Virus record (IMG/VR): IMGVR_UViG_3300010413_000009
Span: 17,629-81,628 of that record
DNA length: 64,000 bases
Strand: one strand, 5' to 3'
DNA from: a virus
In this document: positions 19,447 through 27,652 of the stretch, one piece after another
How positions within the stretch are numbered: position 1 is the first letter of the stretch
Layout of the letters: every line of letters begins with the position of its first letter
The notes under the pieces: generated by a model
Seen by the model: the letters and a program-made list of their open reading frames with translations, nothing else
The model's database searches: none
What the model was told of the DNA's origin: nothing
Position numbers and translations under genes: made by a program

Positions 19447-19523
19447 TAGCTCGGATAGGTGTCGAACCTACATGTGTCCAATTACCCTTTCACCGGCTTC
19501 GAAGGCCGAGGGGATACCGAGCC
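19447..19523 (-). tRNA. Atypical tRNA-Arg-like (TCG), paralogue of the 19270..19346 unit.
   Basis: Same architecture. The anticodon stem shows compensatory changes (CGGC/GCCG versus CGGT/ACCG) and the loop is CTTCGAA. Confidence 0.45.
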
Positions 19524-19525
19524 GT

Positions 19526-19717
19526 CTATTTTTGCACTTCATCCAACCACAAATTCACCGCCCGCCCGCCAGCCGTTGACGTCGCACCAGTGATCTCAAG
19601 ATGTATTCGCTGCGTCGTCCCGAACCAACCTCGCCGTTCCCATATCAGTGTAAAAGGCTCGTCGTCTTCGCAATGATTTAGCAGGTCTTTGAGTTCTTTA
19701 AGCGTTCTTACTTTCAT
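19526..19717 (-). CDS. Small hypothetical protein.
   Basis: 63-aa ORF starting at an internal Met just downstream of the tRNA-like unit. Confidence 0.4.
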   Translation of the reverse strand: MKVRTLKELKDLLNHCEDDEPFTLIWERRGWFGTTQRIHLEITGATSTAGGRAVNLWLDEVQK

Positions 19718-19901
19718 CTTGCACCTCGTCAACGCGTTGGGCAAGTACGACCTTTATCTCGGTACCATCCATCATATGGAAGATACAGTGACGCGCGTCA
19801 ACTTCTTCGATTCTGACGATCTCTCCAAGTAATTCGCCCGTCCCGGCATGGATAAAGGGACAAGGCAGCAGATCGGCCAAGTCATCGTGGGATTTTGCCA
19901 T
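19698..19901 (-). CDS. Small hypothetical protein.
   Basis: 67-aa ORF (MAKSHDDLADLLPCPFIHAGTGELLGEIVRIEEVD...). Confidence 0.4.
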   Translation of the reverse strand: MAKSHDDLADLLPCPFIHAGTGELLGEIVRIEEVDARHCIFHMMDGTEIKVVLAQRVDEVQDESKNA

Positions 19902-19917
19902 TTGGACCTCCTCGTGG

Positions 19918-20121
19918 TTACGATCCTTCGACAGTTTCGCAGACCTCTGCGATGTCGTCAGGATCAATCTCGAACGACAACTCGTTCGCTTGTTCTTCAG
20001 CGAGCATCTGCCGCGTCGGCCCCATGCCGACTTCACGTGGCTCACAGCGCTCTAACCTGGCAGCAAGACTGACCACTCTGTGAAAGAGCTCCATCTCGCG
20101 CTTTGAGAGTAGTTTTGCCAT
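19918..20121 (-). CDS. Small hypothetical protein.
   Basis: 67-aa ORF (MAKLLSKREMELFHRVVSLAARLERCEPREVGM...). Confidence 0.4.
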   Translation of the reverse strand: MAKLLSKREMELFHRVVSLAARLERCEPREVGMGPTRQMLAEEQANELSFEIDPDDIAEVCETVEGS

Positions 20122-20282
20122 TCCTTTTCTCCAAAAGATGATGCACCGAGCCGCGCTTCGCCTACCCCGCGCGGTACCAAATAGAATCTGGGGGTTGTGC
20201 GTGCGTGCCGACGCACAATCCCCGCATCCATCACGCCTCGACCCGGCACGGGGCCCACGGTGCGTCCTTGACACTTGTAAAG

Positions 20283-20360
20283 CAGTCCCGGCAGGATTCG
20301 AACCTGCAATCAAAAAGCCGGCTTAGGACACCGGTGCCTATCCAATTAGGCGGCGGGACC
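20283..20360 (-). tRNA. tRNA-Arg (CCT).
   Basis: Acceptor GGTCCCG/CGGGACT (G1-U72), D-arm GCCT-AATTGGAT-AGGC, anticodon arm CCGGT-GTCCTAA-GCCGG, T-arm GCAGG-TTCGAAT-CCTGC. Confidence 0.6.
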
Positions 20361-20380
20361 GCTGCTTGCCTACTTAGGCG

Positions 20381-21292
20381 CTAGTCAAGTGCTTCCAACG
20401 CTGTGTCGACTTCGACACGTGTTTGCTTAAAATCGTTTTCGTCCCATGCTTCGAGGTAAATGGGAACAACCTCGCGCTTGGCATTGAATACAAACGCCAC
20501 AAGGAACGGATCGGGCACGCGTTCGGGCATGCGCAGACTCTCAATCCTCAGGTCGCATTGCGGAAGCGCGTCCTTGATGTACAGCGCGTGCTGCAATGCA
20601 TACTCCGGCACCTGCTGGCGCCATTCGGAAAACGACGATGTCTCCCACACCGGCCACGGTACGATCAGCGCAACCCGGTAGAGAATGGAGAGCGCAGTGA
20701 ACGCGAGGAAAACTATGGCTGTAAGACCTGTGACCCAGAGCCCGTTGCCCAGCACAGCAATGCCCGCCGCGAGCGTAGCCAGGATGCCGCCGATGATTGC
20801 GAGGTTTGCCGCCACCGCGATATTGCTTTCTGGGTGCGGCGGTGAGTTATCTTCGTCGCGCGCAAACGCTGTCACAAAGCGCGCAAGCCTGCGCGCGCGT
20901 CCGGCGAGCCGATTCGCTCGCTTCAGCTTGTACTTAGCGACCGCCTTCGGATCAAACGGTCGCAGGTCGTGCTCGACCAGCACATCACGAAGTGCCTTGT
21001 TCTCGTTGTGAATACGGCGGGTACGGCTCAGCTCTTCTTGGCCAAAATAGTAGTGCAGCTTGTTCCGAGCGCTGATCTCTAGCTCGGAATCGACTGGATC
21101 TTCGGGCATTTCCAGCAACGTGTCAGCTGGTACCCTGGACGCCTCAAGCGTCGCCAAATCCATCACAACTCCTTTGAAATGGTAAGGAGGAAACAAAGTG
21201 CAGCATGCCAGAATCGAACTGGCGGCAGCTGCTTGGAAGGCAGCGGTGTTTCCATTATACCAATGCTGCAAAAACGTAGGGCAGGTACTCAC
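20381..21292 (-). CDS. Integral membrane protein.
   Basis: 303-aa ORF with several long hydrophobic segments (ILATLAAGIAVLGNGLWVTGLTAIVFLAFTALSILY). Confidence 0.55.
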   Translation of the reverse strand: MSTCPTFLQHWYNGNTAAFQAAAASSILACCTLFPPYHFKGVVMDLATLEASRVPADTLLEMPEDPVDSELEISARNKLHYYFGQEELSRTRRIHNENKALRDVLVEHDLRPFDPKAVAKYKLKRANRLAGRARRLARFVTAFARDEDNSPPHPESNIAVAANLAIIGGILATLAAGIAVLGNGLWVTGLTAIVFLAFTALSILYRVALIVPWPVWETSSFSEWRQQVPEYALQHALYIKDALPQCDLRIESLRMPERVPDPFLVAFVFNAKREVVPIYLEAWDENDFKQTRVEVDTALEALD

Positions 21293-21406
21293 GACCCCGA
21301 TCGAGTCTGGTCATGAGCCTGACGGAGGATCAGGCGTGTATCAGACACAATAGATACTTCACGGGCCCATCCGCATCCATGCGCATCATCTTCTCCGCCC
21401 TACGAG

Positions 21407-21478
21407 TACGGGTGCAGGGAATCGAACCCAAACTTCCAGACTGGCAGTCTGGCAGGCTAACCGTTACATCACACCCGC
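21407..21478 (-). tRNA. tRNA-Gly (GCC).
   Basis: Acceptor GCGGGTG/CACCCGT (G1-U72), anticodon arm CCAGA-CTGCCAG-TCTGG, T-loop TTCGATT with a weak stem. Confidence 0.5.
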
Positions 21479-21492
21479 AACCTTGTTCACAA

Positions 21493-21551
21493 GAAGAAAA
21501 ATGCAGCTGCCCTCCGGAAGTTGTCATCCATCATCGGGCAGCTGGGGATTT
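21493..21551 (-). terminator. Rho-independent terminator after the 21572..22090 gene.
   Basis: 9-bp stem CAGCTGCCC...GGGCAGCTG, followed on the minus strand by a U-run (plus-strand A-run 21493-21501). Confidence 0.45.
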
Positions 21552-21571
21552 ATATGTCTCTGTTTACCGCC

Positions 21572-22090
21572 CTAAGACGGTGCCCGTTGGATGCTGTGTT
21601 GGATCACGTTATCGACAAACGGTTCTGATGGCGCCACTGGTTCGAACTCGATGGCCATCGCATAAACGGTCCGAGGTGGCACCGAATGTACGTTGCGATC
21701 CCTGCATATCCGTATGCCTTCGATGGTGTGCGGCACGAATTCATTTATGACCACGTCGTAGTCTACGAGCTTCGCGATGGCCGCGTACTTACGCCATTCC
21801 CACGCGTGGATGCCCGTGTTGTCGACGACGATCACGGGCTTCCGCGCGTGCAGCGCTAGTGCAAACTGCAGTTCGCACCATGAATGCGCTTCAGCTAAAC
21901 GCGCACTATCGAATTCGATGCCGTGGTACTCCCAAAAATGGTCAGCTGAACAAACGGTAGAAGGGATCAGCGCCGTAAAATGCGATTTCCCTGCACCGGC
22001 GGGCCCGCGCATGATATGTACGACGCCCCGCTGTTTGCTCATTCGCCCCTCCTTTCTTACCCATACGGGCAATCGGTTAATGGTAGTCAA
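21572..22090 (-). CDS. P-loop nucleotide/polynucleotide kinase-like protein (AAA_33 or Pnk-kinase-like).
   Basis: Walker A IMRGPAGAGKSH, downstream Asp-containing Walker B-like VIVVDNTG. Confidence 0.55.
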   Translation of the reverse strand: MTTINRLPVWVRKEGRMSKQRGVVHIMRGPAGAGKSHFTALIPSTVCSADHFWEYHGIEFDSARLAEAHSWCELQFALALHARKPVIVVDNTGIHAWEWRKYAAIAKLVDYDVVINEFVPHTIEGIRICRDRNVHSVPPRTVYAMAIEFEPVAPSEPFVDNVIQHSIQRAPS

Positions 22091-22299
22091 CTATACCCTT
22101 CACCGCGGAACCACAAACTCCCGTGGTATTGTTTGTCTGCCTCCTCTGCCGGAGTAATCTGGCCGCCGCCAATAGTCGCGCTGCGCGGGCGCCGCGCTGA
22201 CTTACATGGGCACTCTGCCCAAAAATCCAGCTCTTCTGACGTGAGCTCACGTCCGCAATCTGTGCAGACCATCTTTCCGTCCAGCAACTCTACCGACAA
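22087..22299 (-). CDS. Small zinc-ribbon protein.
   Basis: CTDCG...CPC; ATGA overlap with the downstream gene. Confidence 0.45.
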   Translation of the reverse strand: MSVELLDGKMVCTDCGRELTSEELDFWAECPCKSARRPRSATIGGGQITPAEEADKQYHGSLWFRGEGYS

Positions 22300-22333
22300 T
22301 CAAAACTCCTTGATTTGGTGATCTGGCCTAAAG

Positions 22334-22415
22334 CGGAAGCGGCAGGACTCGAACCTGCAAAGCTTTGGGCCCGGCCGCCTTCCAAGCGGCGTCCTCATCC
22401 GGCCGGATCGCTTCC
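22334..22415 (-). tRNA. tRNA-Ser (GGA), type II.
   Basis: 82 nt; acceptor GGAAGCG/CGCTTCC, anticodon arm GCCGC-TTGGAAG-GCGGC, long variable arm, T-arm GCAGG-TTCGAGT-CCTGC. Confidence 0.6.
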
Positions 22416-22506
22416 GTGACAGCTGTCACCCGCACAGCTGTCGAAACGGGGCTCCTACGCGGTGCCATGCGCTCGCACTATCACTGTTACGAGGGCGTCT
22501 GCAGAG

Positions 22507-22531
22507 CGGAAACGGGAGGATTCGAACCCCC
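22507..22531 (-). tRNA. tRNA 3'-fragment-like element (T-arm plus acceptor 3' strand only).
   Basis: GGGGG-TTCGAAT-CCTCC followed by CGTTTCC; no matching 5' half within about 150 nt. Confidence 0.3.
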
Positions 22532-22693
22532 GACGACCCACCATTTGGATTCGTCTCCGGGCGGCCACCGATTGCCGTTGCGCCTGGCCAGTCGCAACTG
22601 CCGGCGTGTGGCCGGAACGCCGTGCGGTTTTATAATGTTGACCACCAACAACAGAGGTTGGAATTGACCCTCCAACAAGGCACCGGATTTACG

Positions 22694-22779
22694 CGGAGGA
22701 GGTGAGATTCGAACTCTACAACGGGTTTCATACCGCAGACGACTAGCAATCGCCCTCCTGGCCATTTCGGTTCTCCTCC
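22694..22779 (-). tRNA. tRNA-Ser (GCT), type II.
   Basis: 86 nt; perfect acceptor GGAGGAG/CTCCTCC, anticodon arm GGCGA-TTGCTAG-TCGTC, long variable arm; T-stem is weak. Confidence 0.5.
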
Positions 22780-23019
22780 GTTCCCACATGTCGCGGCTTC
22801 CCGCGGCCAAGATATGGCCATATCCCGGCGGCGCTGGCGGCGACTACGCTGTGTGGGCAGCGGGTATACCCCTCCGGTAAAGAGCCTGGGCAGAGGTCGG
22901 TTTCGATCCACAAGCCGACAAAAGGGCTGAGTCTTAACCCAAACTCAACGGAACGGAACAGCATTGACGCAGCTGCAGCGACCACATATGTTACATCAAA
23001 GTGGCCAAGACGTCATGAG

Positions 23020-23101
23020 CGGAGGGGAGAGGAGTCGAACCCCCAAGGCTTTCGCCGACAGTTTTCAAGACTGCTCCCGTCACCAATCGGTTTGCCCCTC
23101 C
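23020..23101 (-). tRNA. tRNA-Ser (TGA), type II.
   Basis: 82 nt; perfect acceptor GGAGGGG/CCCCTCC, anticodon arm GCAGT-CTTGAAA-ACTGT, T-loop TTCGACT. Confidence 0.6.
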
Positions 23102-23105
23102 GTAG

Positions 23106-23180
23106 TAGGCCCAGCAGGGCTCGAACCTGCGGCCCCCGCTTTGTAAGAGCGGTGCTCTGGCCAATCTGAGCTATGGGCCT
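23106..23180 (-). tRNA. tRNA-Val (TAC).
   Basis: Acceptor AGGCCCA/TGGGCCT, D-arm GCTC...GAGC, anticodon arm CCGCT-CTTACAA-AGCGG, T-arm GCAGG-TTCGAGC-CCTGC. Confidence 0.7.
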
Positions 23181-23201
23181 AAAAACTGCCCCGGCGACGG
23201 G

Positions 23202-23492
23202 CTACAAACGAATAATGCGCCCGCCTTTTTCCCCTTTGAAATACCGGCGGATCGCTCTCATTAGCATAGCTATCTCAGCGTCCACCAACTCTTCACCGCG
23301 ATGCTTGGGATCCGTAACCATGACACACATCTCGTCGGGGGCATCCGGATGCGGTTCGATCACTGCTGCATATCCATACTCTCTACAGACTGCAGCAATC
23401 CCTTCATGGATCTTTCTTTTTGCCTCCTGCTTGCCAAGCACGGTTGATTCTTTCAAACCGCGTACCGTACACCTCAGTCCATCAGTAGGCAT
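23202..23492 (-). CDS. Hypothetical protein (possibly UPF0150/HicB-like fold).
   Basis: Coding-like 96-aa ORF (…YGYAAVIEPHPDAPDEMCVMVTDPKHRGEEL…). Confidence 0.4.
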   Translation of the reverse strand: MPTDGLRCTVRGLKESTVLGKQEAKRKIHEGIAAVCREYGYAAVIEPHPDAPDEMCVMVTDPKHRGEELVDAEIAMLMRAIRRYFKGEKGGRIIRL

Positions 23493-23525
23493 CAAACAGA
23501 CCCTCCATAACAAAACTGACCCGAG

Positions 23526-23596
23526 TAGACCCTAGAGGAATCGAACCCCTCCTTGCGGTTCCGTAGACCGCCGTGCATCCATCACACCCAGAGTCT
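23526..23596 (-). tRNA. tRNA-Arg (ACG).
   Basis: D-arm GTGT-GATGGAT-GCAC, anticodon arm GCGGT-CTACGGA-ACCGC, T-loop TTCGATT, acceptor AGACTCT/AGGGTCT (one GU). Confidence 0.6.
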
Positions 23597-24014
23597 AAAA
23601 TGTAGGTATTCCGTACGTCATCAGCCGCCATTCCAGCGCGGTCACGCGATCCGCCAGTACATCTATGTGCGTCTGCATACGATTGATGATAACTCTTAGC
23701 CGCTCTTCGGCCTCAGCCAATACCACTGCATCCTCGGGATCGAGGTGTCCGCGGCATGGCCATATCAGCTGATTGCCATCCAGACCCTCTCCGTGTTCGC
23801 CGACATACCAAACCTCGTGGTACGGTGCAACACGGTTGTCGTGAATCTTCTTGAATGTCAATCGGCCACAGCGATGCCCAGGCGCTGCCGGATGATACGG
23901 AAATGTGACGTATCCATAAATGCGTTCCTTCACCAGCCAAATCTGATGGCTTTCTCGTAGCCTGCGCATCCGCCGCACAGGCAAATCCGTTGTCATGATA
24001 TCTGGGGCTGACAT
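23595..24014 (-). CDS. Hypothetical protein.
   Basis: Coding-like ORF; internal Met start placed just downstream of the tRNA at 24032. Confidence 0.45.
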   Translation of the reverse strand: MSAPDIMTTDLPVRRMRRLRESHQIWLVKERIYGYVTFPYHPAAPGHRCGRLTFKKIHDNRVAPYHEVWYVGEHGEGLDGNQLIWPCRGHLDPEDAVVLAEAEERLRVIINRMQTHIDVLADRVTALEWRLMTYGIPTF

Positions 24015-24031
24015 TGTTTCCTTTCTATAAG

Positions 24032-24102
24032 ACGCGCCGACGGGACTCGAACCCGTGTAAGAAGGTTTTGCAGACCTCCCCGAAGACCTCGACAACGGCG
24101 CG
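24032..24102 (-). tRNA. tRNA, probably Cys (GCA).
   Basis: Perfect acceptor CGCGCCG/CGGCGCG, T-arm ACGGG-TTCGAGT-CCCGT, anticodon arm GAGGT-CTGCAAA-ACCTT; D-arm irregular. Confidence 0.45.
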
Positions 24103-24192
24103 TATTTGGTTTACCTGTCGCGACGGCGTCGCCACGCGTCAATAACCCATGTAAGCGCTATGGCGCTACATAGGATTATAGTCACGATCCCT

Positions 24193-24447
24193 TCAGCATT
24201 CATCGCTGTCCTCCTTGCGAATTGCCAACACTGTCTCCAACGTCCACGAATGACGCATCACCATGCACCCGTTAGCAATGGCGTGTCGCTTGACAATATT
24301 GAGGAAGTGCTCAACAGACGGCATGCGGCCGACGAACCGCCATTTGATTGACGTTGTATCATCGCCATTATCTTGCACACGGTACGTGGCGAAATACCCC
24401 TCCGTACGCAGATGATCGACGATGGTATGGGCAGTGGTATCCATACA
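24193..24447 (-). CDS. Hypothetical small protein.
   Basis: Coding-like ORF (MDTTAHTIVDHLRTEGYFATYRVQDNGDD...). Confidence 0.3.
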   Translation of the reverse strand, partial: CMDTTAHTIVDHLRTEGYFATYRVQDNGDDTTSIKWRFVGRMPSVEHFLNIVKRHAIANGCMVMRHSWTLETVLAIRKEDSDEC

Positions 24448-24498
24448 ATGCATCATGCCAGCACACATCATGTCCTCCTTTACGGTTATGAATTACAG

Positions 24499-24570
24499 TG
24501 GACTGGGTGGCGCTCGAATCCACGTCTCCTGGTCTTCAGCCAAGCGCTATGCCGTCTCAGCTACCAGTCC
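24499..24570 (-). tRNA. tRNA-Phe (GAA).
   Basis: Perfect acceptor GGACTGG/CCAGTCC, D-arm GCTG-AGACGGCA-TAGC, anticodon arm CTTGG-CTGAAGA-CCAGG, T-loop TTCGAGC. Confidence 0.55.
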
Positions 24571-24831
24571 AAAAAAAAACGGATAGCGAGGCGGGCTGCC
24601 GAGTTCCGCCGCACATAAACTGTCAACGGGCCCTTCGCTAAGCATGTATCACCTCCCCGATGACGCATTCACTATCATCACGAAGGGGTTGCCTCGAGTG
24701 CATTGCTCTTAACGGCCGGCCTCCGTGAGGAGGCCTATTCTGAGCTACCGCTATCCAACTATTGGGGTTTTGTCCAATCGCCTTCCTGGCGTTTGCGATC
24801 TTCGGTGCGGCCACGGCCGTATTCACCAGCC

Positions 24832-25530
24832 CTAACCGACCGTTTGTTTTGCCTTATCCGGCGCAGATACCGACGGGCCTTCTTTGTCTTCTTGTCCATG
24901 TCGCGTGATGATCAGCGCCGGATCAACGATGTTGGCGCCTGAACGTAAAGCGCGTTCGAAACGCTCGAACAGCGCTTCAGGCATACACAGAAGTCCGTGA
25001 TAACCGAAGTCTGAGCGCACGGAAACAGCAATTTTGCTGCCGCCGCGGGCCACATCTGCAAAGTCGAATGTGCATGTCGCCGTATCTAGTGGACCATAAT
25101 GAAGACTACGGAAATGCTGCTCAACCGCGGCGCGTAGCGCGGTGAGCGGCAGTACTTGTTCCAGTATGCGCGCTATCGACAAGTCGTCGAGTAGCGCCAA
25201 TAGAACATGCTCCGTTCCGACCCAGTTGTGCCCTGCTTCTCTCGCGATATTATTGGCATTGGCCGCGACGACTTTGGTAGCCGTCGACGGTGATCTGCGA
25301 GGACCACAGTTTACTTCGTACAGCCCTTCCAATTCACGCGAACAGGCAAGTTCTACATTCGTGCGCGCCAGCTTCTGCCCCGCTAGGATGGTTCCTGCAG
25401 CACTTTCTGGGTCGCGCAACATGCTGAGCAGCAGATGGGCAGGAAAGATATGCCTATGGCCGGTCTTTGCAGCCTCATGCCCCGCATGCGAAAAGAGTTC
25501 ATGCGCACGGTCGGTAAACCGCTCGTACAT
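24832..25530 (-). CDS. Clp N-terminal-domain protein (two Clp_N repeats; ClpS/ClgR-like adaptor or regulator).
   Basis: MYERFTDRAHELFSHAGHEAAKTGHRHIFPAHLLLSML and a second repeat NWVGTEHVLLALLDD match the ClpA/B N-domain repeats. Confidence 0.6.
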   Translation of the reverse strand: MYERFTDRAHELFSHAGHEAAKTGHRHIFPAHLLLSMLRDPESAAGTILAGQKLARTNVELACSRELEGLYEVNCGPRRSPSTATKVVAANANNIAREAGHNWVGTEHVLLALLDDLSIARILEQVLPLTALRAAVEQHFRSLHYGPLDTATCTFDFADVARGGSKIAVSVRSDFGYHGLLCMPEALFERFERALRSGANIVDPALIITRHGQEDKEGPSVSAPDKAKQTVG

Positions 25531-25563
25531 ATCGTACTCCTTGTTAAGTTGTCAAAGATCGAG

Positions 25564-25637
25564 TAGCCCAGGTGGGGGTCGAACCCACAGTACCCCCAGG
25601 TTTAAGCCGGGGCGGTCTTCCAGTTGCCTACCGGGCC
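25564..25637 (-). tRNA. tRNA with Leu anticodon (TAA) but a short variable region (type-I-like).
   Basis: Acceptor GGCCCGG/CTGGGCT (two GU pairs), T-arm GTGGG-TTCGACC-CCCAC, anticodon arm CCCGG-CTTAAAC-CTGGG, discriminator A. Confidence 0.4.
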
Positions 25638-25776
25638 ACGAGGCGTCTCCGAAGCACTTTTTCGCCCCGATAAATCCGTCACCGACTGTCGCACGAGCCC
25701 TTCTGCAGTGACTATCGCGCAACGTCGGATTACGCCAGTACGGCAGGTACCCGCCGCACCGAGACGCCTCTAAGCG

Positions 25777-26598
25777 CTACTTCCGCTTCGTCGGATCCTT
25801 GCGGAAGCTTCGCTCATTGAATCCTTTTGCCCCGACCATGATCTTGTCTGGCACGGCCGGGATTGATTTTTCTGGTTGCGCCTGCGCGCCGATGTACATC
25901 GCCAGTTCCTGAAACGCTTGGTAGTGCGGAACCTGCCGATAGAATTCCCACACGCGCAAGCACGGATTGAATTCTACACGCCAAGCCATGCGTCCATACC
26001 GCATCGGTCCGGGTACTCGACACGTCTTATGCGACGATGCGACGAAAATCGGTGCATCGTGTTCCGTGAAGAAGCCGCCGCACTTGTCGCGTAGCCGCCC
26101 TACTTCGTTGAAGAATTTCTCGATATCTCTGCGCGTGAATGCGGCCTCGTCACCGCGAACGCGACGACGCGGCGCCGGTTTCGATTCGTAGGCATCCACA
26201 TTTTTCTTGTGCATGTACATCTGCACGTAATTACGCACTTCTTCTGCTGTATAGCAGAACGTCTGCGGACTCGGGACTCTGTTCACGTAGTTCACGTGGA
26301 ACTCAACCAACGGGTAAAGCTTACCACAGAACCCGATAACTGCCGGATGTACACCCATGCGCCACCACATGTACCGACCTGACGGTAACGGAAATGGAAG
26401 CTTCACGATATTCTCTTCGCGGATATCTCGCTTGAAAATGACGGAGCTGTCCATTCCATACGACAAGACCTTGTCATAGTAGTCATGCCAATCCGAAATT
26501 ATCCTCACCGCGCGCCCTCTGACAGATATGCCGTAGCCTGTTTTATGATGGCTGTACTCTCTTGCAATAGCCCAATTGCCATTGCGCCGCTTTCCCAT
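25777..26598 (-). CDS. Hypothetical protein.
   Basis: Coding-like 273-aa ORF (internal Met start). Confidence 0.5.
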   Translation of the reverse strand: MGKRRNGNWAIAREYSHHKTGYGISVRGRAVRIISDWHDYYDKVLSYGMDSSVIFKRDIREENIVKLPFPLPSGRYMWWRMGVHPAVIGFCGKLYPLVEFHVNYVNRVPSPQTFCYTAEEVRNYVQMYMHKKNVDAYESKPAPRRRVRGDEAAFTRRDIEKFFNEVGRLRDKCGGFFTEHDAPIFVASSHKTCRVPGPMRYGRMAWRVEFNPCLRVWEFYRQVPHYQAFQELAMYIGAQAQPEKSIPAVPDKIMVGAKGFNERSFRKDPTKRK

Positions 26599-26739
26599 TT
26601 GCGTACCGGGGCTAAATGGCGGGACCCGATTATTCCAACCCCTCAAACTCCTTCGGGTCAAGAGGAGACATATCTTGGTTTCTCCTTTTCAGGCATCACG
26701 CTACTCCTTGCCAATCGTACGTAGCCATGGGGGATTAAG

Positions 26740-26821
26740 CGGAAGCGGCAGGACTCGAACCTGCAAAGCTTTCGGCCCACCTGTTTTCGAGACAAGCTCC
26801 TCATCCGGCCGGATCGCTTCC
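26740..26821 (-). tRNA. tRNA-Ser (CGA), type II; near-duplicate of the 22334 Ser gene outside the anticodon region.
   Basis: Acceptor GGAAGCG/CGCTTCC, anticodon arm CTTGT-CTCGAAA-ACAGG, T-arm GCAGG-TTCGAGT-CCTGC. Confidence 0.6.
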
Positions 26822-26941
26822 GTAACGGAAGTGGTGTTGAGTAACGTCACCCGCTGATGCATGCCGGCGTCCCAGCAACAGAGCAGGCCAGGGTTTCGGT
26901 CGAATCGAACGGCCTCTTCGATACCTCACACTTCCGTATAG

Positions 26942-27017
26942 TAGCCCGAGAGGGATTCGAACCCCCATCCGCTGGTTCCTAAGACCAGCCGCTTCTTCCA
27001 AATTGGCGTACCGGGCC
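26942..27017 (-). tRNA. tRNA with Leu anticodon (TAG) and a short variable region.
   Basis: Acceptor GGCCCGG/TCGGGCT, anticodon arm GCTGGT-CTTAGGA-ACCAGC, T-loop TTCGAAT. Confidence 0.45.
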
Positions 27018-27022
27018 ATCAG

Positions 27023-27097
27023 TAGCCCGGGTAGGATTCGAACCTACAGCATCGCTACGTTTGAAGCAGCGTGGTCTTCCTCGTTGCCTACCGGGCC
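27023..27097 (-). tRNA. tRNA with Leu anticodon (CAA) and a short variable region.
   Basis: Acceptor GGCCCGG/CCGGGCT, anticodon arm GCTGC-TTCAAAC-GTAGC, T-arm GTAGG-TTCGAAT-CCTAC; D-region TAGGCAACGAGGAAGACC resembles the 25564 gene. Confidence 0.45.
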
Positions 27098-27162
27098 GTC
27101 GCGACGGACGGCACCGGTTGTCGTGTTTGTTTCCGGTCACGTTTCCGTCGCTTGTTCTTTTG

Positions 27163-27555
27163 TCACTCTACCTCTGTATCCTCCTCGATCAACGCCGACA
27201 GGCGCTGAACTTCAGCATGCGCACGGCTTAGCGCTGCTCGATGGTTCGCGCGTGCGCGTAATTGCTCGCGCGCTTCCCGGCGCGCATCTATTTCATTCAG
27301 CCGACTATTAAGCGGCTCTCGCGCAGTTTCGAGTGGAGTTATCTCGTAGGTTACGATGTCGATTTCCTCCGCTCGATAGCCGCCGTAAGTCCCGGCGAGG
27401 TAAGTGCGGTTCGTCGCCATCGTTATATGGCTACTCACATCTCCCGGGCGGTACCATGTCTTACCCTTCTTGGCCCACTTCGGGAACATGCCTCCAGTCG
27501 AAAACAAGCCGTCGGTGCGGCGCTGAATCTTGAACTCTGTTCTGGGTTCACTCAT
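27163..27555 (-). CDS. Hypothetical protein.
   Basis: 130-aa coding-like ORF between two tRNA genes. Confidence 0.5.
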   Translation of the reverse strand: MSEPRTEFKIQRRTDGLFSTGGMFPKWAKKGKTWYRPGDVSSHITMATNRTYLAGTYGGYRAEEIDIVTYEITPLETAREPLNSRLNEIDARREAREQLRARANHRAALSRAHAEVQRLSALIEEDTEVE

Positions 27556-27563
27556 GTTTGAAG

Positions 27564-27652
27564 TGGAAAGTGAGGGAATCGAACCCCTCGGCCATCCACC
27601 CTGCGTTCTTTTTGGCCACCTGTTTTACAGACAGGCGCAGGGAACACCTTCC
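27564..27652 (-). tRNA. tRNA-like element with a Tyr-type anticodon arm (GTA), 89 nt, irregular D region.
   Basis: Acceptor GGAAGGT/ACTTTCC, perfect arm CCTGT-CTGTAAA-ACAGG, T-loop TTCGATT. Confidence 0.35.

Noticed and set aside
19245-19676. 143-aa plus-strand ORF containing the repeated peptide VGLEPTCVHLPFRRFRRPRGYRA / IGVEPTCVQLPFHRLRRPRGYRA.
   Set aside because: The repeat is an in-frame read-through of the two tandem tRNA-Arg-like units on the opposite strand, not a protein repeat.
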